Positions 37,870-51,704 of a stretch of 64,000 bases of DNA are shown in pieces. This DNA is from Chlorokybus atmophyticus (Eukaryota > Plantae > Mesostigma and Chlorokybus algae). How positions within the stretch are numbered: the stretch's first letter is position 1; each line of letters opens with the position of its first letter. The stretch covers positions 896,974-960,973 of the forward strand of contig RHPI01002368.1 in the NCBI GenBank assembly GCA_009103225.1, given 5' to 3'. The notes beneath the pieces are model-generated. The model had not been told where the DNA came from and made no database searches. It saw only the letters and a list, made by a program, of their open reading frames with translations. A program made the position numbers and the translations under genes.

Positions 37870-40305
37870 ATGGGTCAGGTGGACGGTGGCGCCACAGTGG
37901 ACACCTCAAACAACGTGAGTACTCTCTCTCTCATCACTGCTTACAAGTAAACAACTCATGCCACATCTGCTAGGCTTAATTCCTGTTCATTCTTTTGGGC
38001 AGGGCTTTTGGGCTTGCCTGGACGGTCACAATGAAAGCAGCAATGACAACGACCATGGCGGTGTTAAAAGGAAACCCAGAGTGTGCATGATGGCTTTGGG
38101 CAACCGCCAGAACATCATCGATATCGGCCACGAGCTCAAGCCCGAGGTGTGTGTGAGTGTTGTTGATTGCGAGAGTTGGTTGTGCTCGTGTACTTGAACG
38201 TCTGCATGTGTGCTTGTAAGTGATTATATGCGCGTGAGTGTGAGCGTGCGTGTGCGTGTGCATACCCATGCACGTACACATTCAGTCGCACATACACATA
38301 TTGAAAAGCACACACTCGTGTGTGTGCATGCACATACACCACGCGTATTCACTCACACTGACACTCACACTCACGCAGATCGAGAAGTACATGGACGTCG
38401 TGCTCGAAGACTACAACTGCACCGATTGCCTTCACGGCATCGCGGCGGAACTCGACATCGTCATCGTGCTGGGCGGGGACGGAAGCGTGCTCAAAGCGGC
38501 GCAGCAGATGGGAAAAAGACAGGTATGCGCGTGCGCGTGCACGTGGGTGTGCGTGTGCATGTGAGTGTGGTGATTGATTGGTTGGTTGTGTGCTCAGGTG
38601 CCTGTTGTGGGCATAAACTGCGGCCACTTGGGCTTCCTGCCCTCAGTGCCCAGAGACCAAGTCCTCCAAGTAAGCCACCCCACAAAGTAGTAGTTTCGAG
38701 TACTCAGTACTCGAGCAGTCAATCAACGAGCTAGTCAACCATGAACCATCAGGGGTTTCTCGCTCACTCTCTAAGACTGTTGATTCACTGGTTCAGTAGC
38801 AGTACAGTGATGCAAGTTCTTCACTCACCAACTCCAATTGATTCAGTCAGTCAGTCAGTCAGTCAGTCAGTCAGTCAGTCAGTCAGTCAGTCAGTGAATG
38901 AGTCATGCAGCACTGCCCTGAATCACTGGAACATTGATGAATCAGAGGACTTGTTTCGCGGAGTACACAAGTGTGCTGTTGTGTGTACATGACTTCATCC
39001 ACCCTTCACCACCAGGTGTTGCCGGAGATCGCGCGCGGTCGGTGCAAAGTGGTGGAGCACTTGATGCTCGAGTGCTGCGTGCTGAGGGGGGGAGAAGGAG
39101 AGGGAGAACGAGAGGTTGTTGGGCATAGGATTGGACTGAATGAAGTGACTGTCAGAGGTGAGTGCTGTGTTGTGTTGTGTTGTGTTATGGTGGCGTGTGT
39201 GGGTTGCGGTAACTGATTGCGACATTGGATTCATGTGGGTATGTGTGAGTATGTGCATGTGAACACACATGCACAGCCGCAAACGCGCACGCACGTATAC
39301 ACGTGTGTGCACACCTACGCACACGTACACGTACCCACACCCACCCACCCACCCACTCCTCTTTCCAGTGGGAGCGCCCTACTCGATACTGGACATCCCG
39401 TTCTACGTGGACGGCACGCTGGCCACAACATACGACTGCGACGGACTCATCGTGTCCACGCCTGTCGGCTCGACCGCACACAACCTCTCCGTTGGCGGGT
39501 AAGCGCGATATATATACCCAAATCTTGATTCTTTCCTGTGAACTGTGAATGATGTGAGCACTTCACTCAGGCCCATTTTGGTGAAGACTCTTCAGGCCTT
39601 TGTGATAAGTCCGCTCGGGCCGCACACGCTGACCATCAGACCGATTGTGGAGAGCGCCGACAGGGTGTTTGAGATGAGGCCGAAGGTGTGTGCGTGTGCG
39701 TGTGTAGCAGTGTGACACATGTGCGCGAGCATACGCCTGATGTCGGGATGTTGTTGGCTTGTTGAGCAGGTGATGGAAGGGAGTGAAGTGGCGATTATTG
39801 TTGACGGGAGGCATCTGTGCAACCTGCAGGTAAGCGGAGGCAATTTGGCATGGGCATGAGTCGGCATACACAGTAGTAAGTATTGGCGTTTCAGTTACTT
39901 GCACAGGCCAAATGCATGAGTATGCGCGCGCGCACATGCACACGCGCGTAGATATAATCACACATATGTATGTAAGTGTGTGCGCTCTGTGCGCGTGTGC
40001 ATGTTTGTGCGTGTGCGTGTGTACCCGCGCACACGCACACGCACACATCCGCGCGTGCATGCACATGTACATCTGTGTGTGTCTTACACTTCTGTAAAAT
40101 AGTACATAGTGGCATAGTGACTGTGATGTCTCTGTGTTGTGTCGGTATGCAGCCCGGCGACGTTGTGCGTGTCTGTCGCAGCGAGTCCACATTCAAACTA
40201 ATTGAAGTGGCGGACGGCGTGCCGACATACTACCGCACGCTCACGGAGAAGCTCGGCTGGTCCGGACGCATGAGCGGAAAACGCTACGACGAGTGCGGTA
40301 GGTAG
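37870..40305 (+). CDS. NADK: NAD+ kinase, compact bacterial type, 9 exons, 334 aa (start codon tentative)
   Basis: Exons 37870-37914, 38003-38146, 38379-38522, 38598-38669, 39016-39157, 39369-39498, 39571-39685, 39770-39829 and 40153-40305 splice in frame. Motifs: [45 protein letters not shown] and KLGW. Confidence 0.93.
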
Positions 40306-41883
40306 ATTGTTGTTGGACATACACGTCGTGAGTTTTGTGTTGGTATGTATGTCTATGTTTCATTCATGTGTGCAGAGACACGCGCGAGTACGGGGAATAG
40401 ACGAGTGCTTGAATGAGAGAGTTTGTGCGCATCCCTTGTTTTGATATCGTTGCTATGTGGTTATCGCATATGTAAGTGTGTGTATGCAAGGGTGGTTGAA
40501 GTTGTACAGAATTCATAGCATATGCTCTGTTTGATTGGTGACATATCCCCTGCTAAGATGCTACCATCACCCCAGATTCTGTCAACAGTTGGTAACCATC
40601 CCATCAAGGCATACGTGCCTACCTGCTGCAACATATTACCAATGTAAAAGCAATTGGCCTTCATGACGCTACTTCATGACATCTGTGCTATGCAGGGGGT
40701 AGGCAAAGGGACCTCATCAAAACGCTCTCCTGCATGAACAAAGTTACTACGCGACGGTTGCAGCCAACATGCAGCCGCAAGTTAATGCAAGCATCTGGCG
40801 CAAAGCGGAGTAAAAATGTATTTATGATTAGCAGGATACGTAGCTGCATGCAGCACGCCAGCTTAGGCCAATGTTTGCAATTGTTGTAAGAGTATTTACT
40901 ACTGCTTGTACAAAAGATATTGTAATCGTGTAGCAGGTAGAGTTTGGCCTGCGTGTTGTAATCAAACGATTGTTGGTGTAAATATGACACATACATCCCT
41001 TGCATTTTCTGTACACTTGTCTGTGGATTCTAGGAGGGGTCCAACGATGCTGCCTACACATAGTATGACGAATGTAATTGTAGTTTGTGCTATTGTATGA
41101 AGTAACATTCTTTCCCACAGCCATTTGTCTTCATATTGCGGCAAAGCCGCGTTGCCAACATTGTTACCAGATATTGAGAGTCAGTGTGCATGTTATGGTT
41201 GGGCATGGCCATGTTCCTGGACCTTTGCCTGTGTCTATTCTGTAATGTGGCAGTAGTGTTGGTGATTGAGAGCATAATGGAGTGCTGCATATTATTACAG
41301 CATTATTATGACATACCTCTGAGCAGCAAGGCGATGTGTATAAGCCAAAACAGCACATAGCATAAGAGCTGCAAACGCATTTCCATCATAGGCGCCAAAT
41401 GTAATGCAAGCCAGCCAGCACAGCATAGCAACTGTGGCACATATACATTACCTTTCCAGTCAGCAAAGGCGCATATGCATGTGCACGACAATACATCATC
41501 AGTCACATACCGCACCGTATGTACAGGACATGCGCAAGGCAGTTGTAGACATGCATAACACAAACAGCAGCATACGAAGCAGCACGCAAGCACTAGTATA
41601 CACCACCAGTGTAAAGATCATCTCAACATCACGCAGCAAACAACCACAGCCGCAGTAGACATGTTGATGCCACTCACATGCAACCATGTCAGCTGTATAC
41701 TGTTTTGTGTGCATACAACATCAACCCAATGCAGACACCAACACCCTACAGTGACAAAACTGACAATTTAATGAAGACAAAATTTACAGTCGCATACAAA
41801 AAGTAGACAGAAATCACACGCTATACACAACCAAATGGGAGAGCACACTACTCTACCCTAGAACCACACTAACCCACACTACA

Positions 41884-44800
41884 CTACCAACTGGAGTCAT
41901 ACTCAAAATTATTCCTAGGACCCACCGCTGGACCACTAGGAGGAGCAGGCCGAGTGCGCGCACATGTATTCACGCCGTTTATGTTGCCCATGTTGGGCAC
42001 CATGTTAGGCATGTTTCCCATCATGTTGGGCATAGTGCCCATCATGTTGGGTACCATGTTGGGCATCATGTTGGGCATGCCTGCTGCCACGGGGACTGTG
42101 CTTACTGGTAGTGTGGGGGTCATAACAACAGGAGTCATGGGTGCAGGGTTGATGACAGAAGCCACGCTGTCCACCTGGGCGGCGTGCTTGGGGAAGATGC
42201 GCTTGACAACAGCTGGCAGCAACACTTGCCACTGGAGGAATTGCCACCATTGCGATCGCTGCATGATGGCACCAATCTTGCCAGGCAGCTTCTTCAGCAG
42301 TCCATTGCTGTTGCTGTTGTTGACGACCCGTCTCCTCGGCGGTACTGTAGGACAACAACCAAGGCTATGTTGCTGCTGACGACACCAAGGGCGCAGGAGA
42401 ATCAAGCTGCAACAATGCGCGCAAAGAAGAAAATTGTTGCACCAGCCTAAGCTGAAGTAACAATGCATAAACTACGCTGTGTGCGTATATGTGGATTCAT
42501 ATGAGAAAACAGAGAAATTGTTGCAACAGTTTAAGCTAGGACAATGCATGACTTCTGGTAATTGTGCTGATTACGTTTGCTATATGAATGCACATGTGGG
42601 TGATACGAAGATTGACATGGGTTCACAATTCCACCATCGCTTCTCCTTACCTCCCGCTCGTAGTCTCTGTGCGCGGTTGCGTTGCCGCTGTTTCTGCACC
42701 GTCGTCGCCACTTTATGCACGACAATGGCGGCCACGCCCACTTGGAGGCCAAGGGCAGCGGCGCCAACAAGGAGGCCACCCGCAGAGCCCAGTACATTGA
42801 CAAGCTTCGGCCCTTTGCGGGGCTGGCGGTTAGAGTTGTTGATGTTGACCGCATCATTGTCATCCTCACGCGGGCTGGGCGCCTCCACCTCGTTGGCGCT
42901 GATGACAGACTCAGCCAACGGTACATTAATTGATTGAATACTCGTGAGCACGCGCGCCGGGAGGCGGCCAGCCTTAATCTCAGTGGTCACTTGGCTTGCG
43001 TGTCTGCAGGAGAACAATATATGAATACAGCAACTTACCACGCTGTCCGCAACCCAACACGACTAATGCTGACTTCATTCTCTGCAAAAACTTCACCACA
43101 CACAAAACCACACAGAGCATCACACAACACCACATACACACGGAAGTACAACATACCGGTTAAGGGACGCGACAAGTGGCGTGTTGCCATGCTCGCGCCA
43201 CTTCTTTTTGTACTCCTTGAGCCCAGGCTCCATCTTCTGCACGGCGCCCCACATGCCCGTTCGAACACCCATCTTGGCAACGTTGCGCGGGATGAGCATG
43301 TCCTCGGCGTGCACGAGGAGGCACTCCACTGCCGCATTGGGCGTCCCATCCCGACCCGCCACCGGCCTCAGCATCCACGATGAGAAGTAGTTTGTCACAC
43401 GCCGCGGCGTTTTCGGCTGTAGGAATGATGCGTGTCAGCACAGTGGGACTGCATACTTGTATACGACACACACAACAACGACACACGCATGTTACGTGTA
43501 CCTGAGGAGGTGGGGCGTCCGGGTGAGTAGTGCTCTTGGTAATGCAAAAGTAGGTCTGGTTGGGAGCTGTCCACTGACGCCTTCCAATGATGTAGTCGCG
43601 CGGAGCACAGAACATTGGAAACCTTCGAACCCAATGCACAATCTAAACAAACGCACCAGATCGCAAGTAAGTCAATACCTCACAGAATGGCACACACACG
43701 CAAAGACATGCATGTAAATGCACAGCATAGCCCACCAACATACCTGAGCGCCGGTGCGGTTGCACTGGTGTAGAAGGCTGTACTTGTCAAGCATGTTGTC
43801 CCACTGGGCCTGCAGGCGAAATTCATCGTCCCAGAAGAAGTCACGGAGCATCGCCACGGACGCATTCTCATACAGCGTTCGGGACACATACTGGGTCGGA
43901 CCTCCATCCTATACGCACAAAACCCAACAAGTTGACAAAAGGTCCTGAATGCCAATGGTGTCATACGAGAGTTAACCCAGCTTGCAACCAAAGTTTTCAA
44001 CAACAACAACAGTAGAGTATCGACATATACAACATACATATACGACATAAAATTGGCATGCAAAGCTTACCTCAGGGTCGCGGCGCCACGCTTCAAACAA
44101 AACCGTGCTAGACTTCTTGTCAAGGATGCGCTGCCAGTCGCCAACACCCCGAGCTCGCTCTTCCACTATATTGCAGAAGAACATGACATCATCTCTTGTG
44201 ACAATCGTCTCGCCAGAAGGGCCATCATTTGTGTCCATTGCCTCTGATTCAGACAGAGTTTCCACAGAGACTTCTGCTTTCTGCCTTGAAGCTCGCTCTT
44301 GCGCTCGCAATCGAATAAGGTACCATAATGCTCGCGCCGCCGGCAAAGCACTCAATGCTGTAATAGCAACCAAGACACGCCTTGCGCCAAAGCCAGGAGG
44401 CGGGAATGAACCGCTAAACAACAAGCGAGGACGTCGAAGGGCGAGCAAAGCCACATGCACCCTGGTCATAAGCAAAAGAGCATGTCAAACCACTGAGTGC
44501 AAGTGAGCAGGACACAAGAGCAATAGGCGGCTTGCTACGACTTGTTGACGAGTAAACCTGTTACATTAGCTCAATATGCATCCTGACAAGCTGTGGGCAT
44601 GCTCAACAGTGTCTATGTATCAACTCACTAAAGCACCAATAATTGAAGATTGTCTACAAAATGAACCCTGCATATCAGCTTATGCATAGGCTAGAATTGA
44701 CAATAGTATGAAAGCAATGAGGTTAAGCTTGCAAGCTTTGGCGGCAGGCACTGAGTTGCTCACCAGCGAGGTCGCCAAGACCATCCGAGCAGAAGGCCAA

Positions 44801-44942
44801 TAAGGACAGCAGCCCAAATAGGCACGAGCTGAGAGGCGGCGTCGGCCGCCCACTGGACGGCGGCGTCCATGCCGGCGCTCTCGCCGCCTTTGCCGGGGAA
44901 CCTCGGGAAGTTGAAGGAGGGGCTTTTGGGCCACCCCTCCAT
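41884..44942 (-). CDS. START-domain (lipid-binding, plant membrane-related CP5-like) protein with long C-terminal extension
   Basis: N-terminal TM IWAAVLIGLLLGWSWRPRW; AWRRDPE|.GGPTQY.SRT; LRDFFWDDEFR..WD; FPMFCAPRDYIIGRR; YFSSW; HAEDMLIPRNVAKMGVRTGMWGAVQKM. Splice phases into the last two exons were checked. Confidence 0.9.
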
Positions 44943-47457
44943 GATGCCAACTCACTGCGCAACCGCGCAGGAGGCCAAAAACGCCCTCACCCCCCTCCGC
45001 AGACCACCCTCACAACCCTAACCTGCTCAGCAACCCCTTCAACGCCAAGTACTCTGCCCTCCCCGCCCTCCTCAGCTGCTCCTCAGCTACTGCTGTCAGC
45101 TGCATAGACAGCGTCCCACGTCACCGCTCGTCACACTTACAACACTCCTGGGACTGCGCCCTATGACAGCTCACACCCTGACAGTCTCGGCCACGCCGCC
45201 GGCGACAACCACAACGCCACAACCGTCCCTGCCGCCGCTGCTTGCTTATGCCTGGCTGGAGGCTACGCGTTAGTTTAACGGAGATTTCACGCGCAACGTG
45301 CGCAGCTAAGTTCGACCGCTCCGAGGGATGTTAACTGGTCTTCTGCGGCGTTCCCAGTCAAGTAACCAGGCCCCAAGCGCTGGCAGCGGTTACGAGTACG
45401 GCCAGCCCTGTGGACGTATAACGGCCGGGAGTCACGGTCTGTACCGGGGAATACGACCGAGGTCGGTTACGGCCGCGAACGCGAAACTTGAGGTTTCGCA
45501 TGAGTTGCAACCGACGTGGAATTTCGCGGATTTCCGCCCCGACGCGATTTTGCGTTGAAAATTGGTGGCCCCCCAATCCGACGCGGCCCCGTCGCCGTGA
45601 ACCCGGTTAGCGTGTAACCGCGGTTGATAGGGACAAGTGAGCGACTTCTAAGGTGTCACATGATGTGTGGCTCACATCATGCGCATGTCCAACACAGTTC
45701 ACGTAAGATTCAGTCTCCGGGGCGAATGAAATGCCCTCAGATAAACGCCCTAACTTCACAAATTCAGTTGGCATCAGAAAGCTTACAAAGCTTTTCATGA
45801 ACTATTCCACTCGTAAATATAATAACAATCTATAAAGCACAAATATCAATTGATTGTGACGTCCGGGTTTTCATGCTTGAGAGTGTAATACTTAGTGTTT
45901 TTATGCATTAACGCAATGCTGATTACATATATTACAGCAAATTATATGTTTAACTTGTAAAGTATTAACGTGACTTCATTAACGTATACGGACTTTAGAG
46001 TACTGAACCGCATTCACGCTGAGTTTGTGCAGCAGATGGGTGTTTATAATACAAAGAGCTTTAACAACGTTTGAAGCCTATGCTTCAAGGCAAAAAGATG
46101 CACATGTACAACAAGTTGATTGCGATGTCGCATAAATAGAATTTTAATATTATCTTTAATTCATGATGTTGTATGACTTCGACACGGCAATTGTTAGTGT
46201 AAAGCTGCATAGCTACATGCTTATTTAACTTATCAACACCACTGCATTGCTGCTTTTAGCTTTTCAATGAGTAAATGGCCTTGGAACATGTCAACCCAAA
46301 CAGTGCTGCATGTGCAAGGGTAGTGGCATTAACTTTCATCACCATCACACCATGCGAGATCTCGAGGTCAGTGATCTTGTGTTCAGTGAATCATAAAGGC
46401 TGAAATCCTGGACCTGATGCGGGCGATATAGGCGATGCTGCTGATACTGCTGTGACGCGACGGGTCTTGTTATTGACGTGGCTGCAGCTTCTGCGTTAGA
46501 TGGCAGTCTGCTTGGTTAGCTAGGTCCTTGCTGTGGTCAGGATCAAACCGAGAGAACGTCCAACACGAAATTTCGATATATCCCGCTTATCCATACTGAG
46601 GCTGATGTGGCGCGCTGGCATTTGTTCCTGCAAATCGTGCGCGCGCCTGGATCAATCATTGTGCAGATTCCGCAGCGTTTATTGTGAAATTCCCGGAAAT
46701 TAGCCCCGGCAGTTCACGGGAAAGGCTGTTTTGTGGTTTGGGGGCGTTCGCCACGCGCGCCCCGCATTTCGCAGTGGAAAGTGGATAAACATGATAAGAA
46801 CAAGCCTACAAAGCTGCTGCCTTCAACGCCACGGGGACCTATTGGTAGCCCCTGCAATAGGGCTGTCCTTATCCACTTTGCCCCAACAGCCAACAGCCAA
46901 TGTAGTAGGTAGCACCTACTCTAACCTGCAATACAATGTGTGGACATTTTCGCTTATCATATTTTGCTGTTTTAATGCTTATGACGAATACACTGTTATA
47001 TTGCAAAATTCACAACATAATAGCCGTTGTATTGCTGTCTTAATAAGGACTCATTTTCGTTTATAATATGTTGAAGTTAGCAGTGGTTCTAGCAACACGT
47101 AGACATGCCGTCATGCGTACTAAAGCAGACGGTGATAATGCCAGTAAAACGTTGTAACATGACATTTTGCGGCAATCCATTTAACTTGTAAAATCACGAG
47201 AGACATGCATAATCGCTGCATAATGTGCAAGACTATGCTGTATATATTATTGTTTGAACCAATCGCAAGGAACTTAAGCACCAGTATGAGATTGCCCAAT
47301 TGAAGGAAAAACTTTTGTCCTTATTATGCTATATTTGGTTGCTTACGATAAAGTAAACAAAGTTCAACAAGCAGGACACATTAACCCCGCGCATGTGTAA
47401 TGCCTATGCAGATGGCCACAAGGGCAGCAACTTGCGTTTTAAATCCGCAATGGTGGC

Positions 47458-50400
47458 TGTAACGGAGTGCTATCGCTATGCGGTTCCTTGCCCTTGTTTG
47501 GTTAAAAATAAGGGTCCCAACGGATAATAAACAGCCAATTGAGCCGTATTAGGGTCTTTATGGCCTTAATGTAGTGTTAGCTTATCGCTAACACTGATAT
47601 CGATGTGAGACTCATGTCTCACATCGATATCAGCATGGCGGCGCTGCCTAACGCAGCGGCCGCCATAGCCAGAGCATCTTTTGCTCTGGCAGCTGCCCCG
47701 GCAGCGGCGGCGGCGGTGTGGGCCGGCGGTGTGGCTGGTGGTGGTGGTGGTGTAGGGGATTAAAGGGGGCGGTAGCCCCCCCCCCGCCCCNACCCCATGT
47801 ACACAAGAGTTGTTACCTTGGACATGAGCACCATGTCTTCCACAGCATTGCCAACTCCATGGTTCAGTTTGCGGTCGAAAGCCTTGACCGTCCGCACAAC
47901 ACGCCCTCCACTCCTGGTCAACACACGCATCACTACATGCATCAGCACATACCCACACACAACTCCAAACACCAGCACATAGTCACATCCATCCGCTCTC
48001 TCACAACACAGACACACACACGCACCTCACTATCAACTTGGTGTATCTCAACTCCGCGTCGCGATCGTCCGAGGTGACGAAGAAACGCGTCCATGGGATT
48101 TCCTTCAACAAATCAACAATGAATTTCTCCGTTGAGTCCTCCACCTCCTGCCCATAGACGAAGTCAAGTGTCAATACAATGCCATTGGCAACGGGTGCGC
48201 ATGTGTACCTGCATGTGTCAATGCTTGATGGATGGTTGTTTCCCCCCCCCCCCGCCCCCTCTTACATTTGGTATCAGATCAAGGGGAGGTAAGGGGCCTC
48301 TGGGGCGGCGGCGGCGGCGCAGAGGCGGCAGCGGCGGCACTGAACAGTCGGCGGCGGCGGCAGCAGTAGCAGCCAACGCCACCCATGTGTTAGGGTGGGT
48401 AGCGGTGTTAGTTGTTGTTGTTGTGTTGTTGTGTATAACGCTGCTGCTGGTGTAGCCTAGCTAGCCTTGCTTACTTGCTAGCCTAGCTTAACCTAGCCTA
48501 GCTTGCTATTGTGAAGGGGAGGCGGCCACTCAGGCAGCCCACCCCCGAGCATTGCATCCCAGCACATCACTTAGTAACTCACATTACTATCAATACGTGT
48601 GTGCTTGTGGGATAGCCACCGCATGGATTCGCGGGGGTGTGAAGGGTTTTATGCGCGCGCACGCATTCGCACGCGTGCTCTAACCCTTGAGGGCAGTCCG
48701 GTGGCAAAATTGGATGTCGTGACCGCCAGTCAGTGCGGTGGGGCCAACAGACTTGTTCTGTTCGGCTAAGCAAACTCCATTCACACTTGGCACTCCTCGT
48801 GTCAATTGCAATTGTGAATTAAATGGAGTTGTACAAAGTGAAAACTTTAAGCTGTTGTAGCTTGCAAAACGTCGCGTGGAAACGCGTGCGGTTTGTTTGC
48901 ACGCAAGCGTCTTGTGGAGTGGTGTTGGGTAGTCCCTTCACGGGCTGTTACCCAAGTTAAAAACCTTGCAATCATCGAGAAAGAAACAACAAATATTGAC
49001 ACTTTTTGAGTGCACAACTCGTGTGCTTGTGCACTTGCAAACTTCTTGACGGCTTGTCTCCTTGGGCAGATGTCTTACCAAGGAGAGGAGGGTGGGATGT
49101 ATCCCGTTCCTAAGGATTCATCCTATGAGCCATTAAGTGAAGCACTCGGACACGAGTGGTAGTTGCAGTGTCAGTGATGAGGAAGAAGCCAAGTCCAAGA
49201 GTGGTGAAGCTTCTTCCAACAAGTCCTTTCATGACCAATAACATATGGACGCTCAGAGCATCATCGGGGCGGCCATAGCAAAGTACGCATCAGAGCGTGA
49301 GGCTCTTCTTGCTGTACACCCCCAACTTCGCAAGGAATTGTGGGATGAGTGGGCGCAGTCAGTCCGTAACGCATATGAGACGGACTTCGCGGCACTCCCG
49401 TGCGCAAGCAAGAAGATGGTGACTCGCATGATCGAGCACGAGTTGACGCGTAATGTACCGCAACTCATGCGCACAGATGCAGCAGTGGCTGCTCTTATGG
49501 CCACTTATGACAAATCAGGCCCGTATCCAGACCAGAGGATGGCGTTCGCAGCTCTTACCTCATTGACGGTAGAGACTCAGAACCTTCTCAGCTGCTGGTG
49601 CTGAGGGTGCGTTACCAGTAAAAGGTGAAATCTAGTTGAAAGTTAAGATTGGTAGTTATCAAGCCAATTTAACTTTCGTCGTAGTACCCACTGACATAGC
49701 TAGTATGATGTGGTATTCGGCCAGATGGGCAACATCAAATGTAAACAGTAAAGAAGGGGCGTAAGCGCATCACTTTGTCTGTGCAGGGGTTGCATAGCTT
49801 AGAATGCAAGCAAACAGACCCTGCGTTACTTACGGCGCTTCAAGTGAAGCGTGCGTTTCGTAAAAACACCTGCTTTTCTAGTGCACTTAACGTCGAATGA
49901 TGATGTAGTGCCTGGCAATACAGAAGGTGTGGCGAACATCATTGAAAAGTTTTTGGATGTGTTCTTTGATGAGTTGCCGGGCTTGCCCCCTTATCGAGGT
50001 GTCGGACACACAATACCTTTGATTCATGACAGTGAGCCTCCATTTCGGCCTATGTATAGGTTGAGCCCTCGTGAGAGGGGGAAATTGGAAACACAGATGA
50101 AAGAGTTATTGGAAAAGGGATTGATTGAACCAAGTCTTCACCCTTTGGCGCACCCAACTTGTTTATTATGAAGAAGAATGGGAAGTTGCGCATGTGTGTG
50201 AATACCGTGCTTTAAACGAGGTCACGGTAAAGAACAGGTACTCGTTGCTAAGGATTGTTGATGTGTGCGGACGGTAAAAGGGTGCTGGCAGACATCTTTA
50301 CCGCTTCGGCCCTGGTTTTCCGCCTACTCAAGTTTTCAGTGCTCACGTGTGGGGCCTTGCTAGCCCTTAATGAGGATATTGAAACCTCAGTGGGGGGGGG

Positions 50401-50722
50401 GGAATGTAACGGTGTGCTACCGCTGTACGGTTCCCCGCCCTTATTTAGTTAGAGATAAGGGTCCCAACGGGTAATAAACAGCCAATTGAGCCATATTAGA
50501 GCCTTTATGGCCTGAATACAGTGTTAGCTTATTGCTAACACTGATAACGATGTGAGACTCATGTCTCACCTCGATATCAGCCGCATGGCGGCGCTGCTAA
50601 ACGCAGCGGCCGCCATAGCCAGAGCATCTTTGGCTCTGGCAGCTGCCCCGGCAACGGCGGCGCGGCTGGTGGTGGTGTTGGGGTAGGGGATTAAAGGGGG
50701 CGGTAGCCCCCCCCTTCTTACA
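47458..50722 (+). mobile_element. Internally deleted, non-autonomous Ty3/Gypsy element
   Basis: 5' LTR TGTAAC (47458) to CTTACA (48266), interrupted by an N and 450 bp of foreign sequence. PBS TGGTATCAGA at 48269. A gag-like ORF (49245-49604), protease C-half and RT N-terminus (LPPYRGVGHTIPL..PMYRLSPRE) follow. PPT at 50389-50404, then 3' LTR 50405-50722. No matching target duplication was found. Confidence 0.8.
50405..50722 (+). repeat. 3' LTR (diverged copy of 47458-47790)
   Basis: Aligns by eye with the 5' LTR, including the hairpin array. Confidence 0.85.
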
Positions 50723-51704
50723 TTTGNTCTTACACTACCTGCATATGTTCGATACGCGACGTGCTTCGCCGTGCCATGCATGTGTATAAGTTTTGCAGCG
50801 TGTTAATTCCAGAGTTATTTGTAGCACCTACCTTTATAATGGTGTACAACATGATGTATACAAATATGTCACTCGTACTTCTCATATACAATGGCCTAGG
50901 CTAACAGTTTATGTTAAACGGAAGTAGTTGAAGAAAATAGTCATGTGTGAGTTATTTCATGTCATGCATAAGTAAAATCAGTGCAGAGACAATGCTGCAT
51001 GCAATATTGTAAGGTTCACAAGTAGATCTCACTATATTGACATATATATGACAATTGCCCAAAGTATATGAAAACAAAACGTTCATGAGCATATGACATC
51101 AAATCGAAGACTTATAAGCATTTGATTACATAGCGCAATGGTTGCATTACATTTGTCCGCTACCTGGCTAATACGGGGCTCTTGATGAAATTACAAATAT
51201 TATCATTCAATGGTGATAATTATGATATCACAATTGATGTAGCTCTACGAAGCGGCTCAATTGAATGATTCATATTGCCTCATGTGCAATACATAATCAA
51301 CATTGTGCGAACGAATGCAATGCGTTTTATAAATATCAATCCTCCTATAACACGTTCGTCGACAGTTACTGTTGTATGTAATTCAGCTATATCAGACACG
51401 TTTTCCATGTGTGACAGGTTTAAGGAAGAGATAAACAATCACTTTGTCATATAGCTCAGCAAGAACAATAAAGCAGAATAGCAAAATATCAAGTTTGACA
51501 CAGAATTCCAAGCGCTTGAATCTCTGCACATTTATATCATATATCTGTGATCATGTATATATAATGTTTTTCATTTAAATATAATAGTTTTTTCAACTCA
51601 TGGTCAATACTATAAATGGCATATTATTGTGGTAAGCTAAAGTGTGAAGAAACACATACTCGTAATGCAAACTATCGCAATAAATTCATAGGTATCCATT
51701 AAAG

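Noticed and set aside
45328-45576. GC-rich short ORFs upstream of the START gene
   Set aside because: No recognisable motifs or splice pattern; more likely promoter-proximal GC-rich sequence.
47792-48241. 450-bp copy of two fucosyltransferase exons (53862-54311) inside the 5' LTR of the Gypsy element, suggesting gene capture
   Set aside because: It appears identical to the source by eye, begins at an N, sits in the LTR poly-C tract and is absent from the 3' LTR. A gap-filling mis-join is the simplest explanation; long reads spanning both junctions would reopen it.
50723-50734. PBS-like TTTG after the 3' LTR and a repeated TCTTACA, suggesting a tandem element
   Set aside because: The two LTR ends are separated by an N; this is a collapsed repeat at a contig join.
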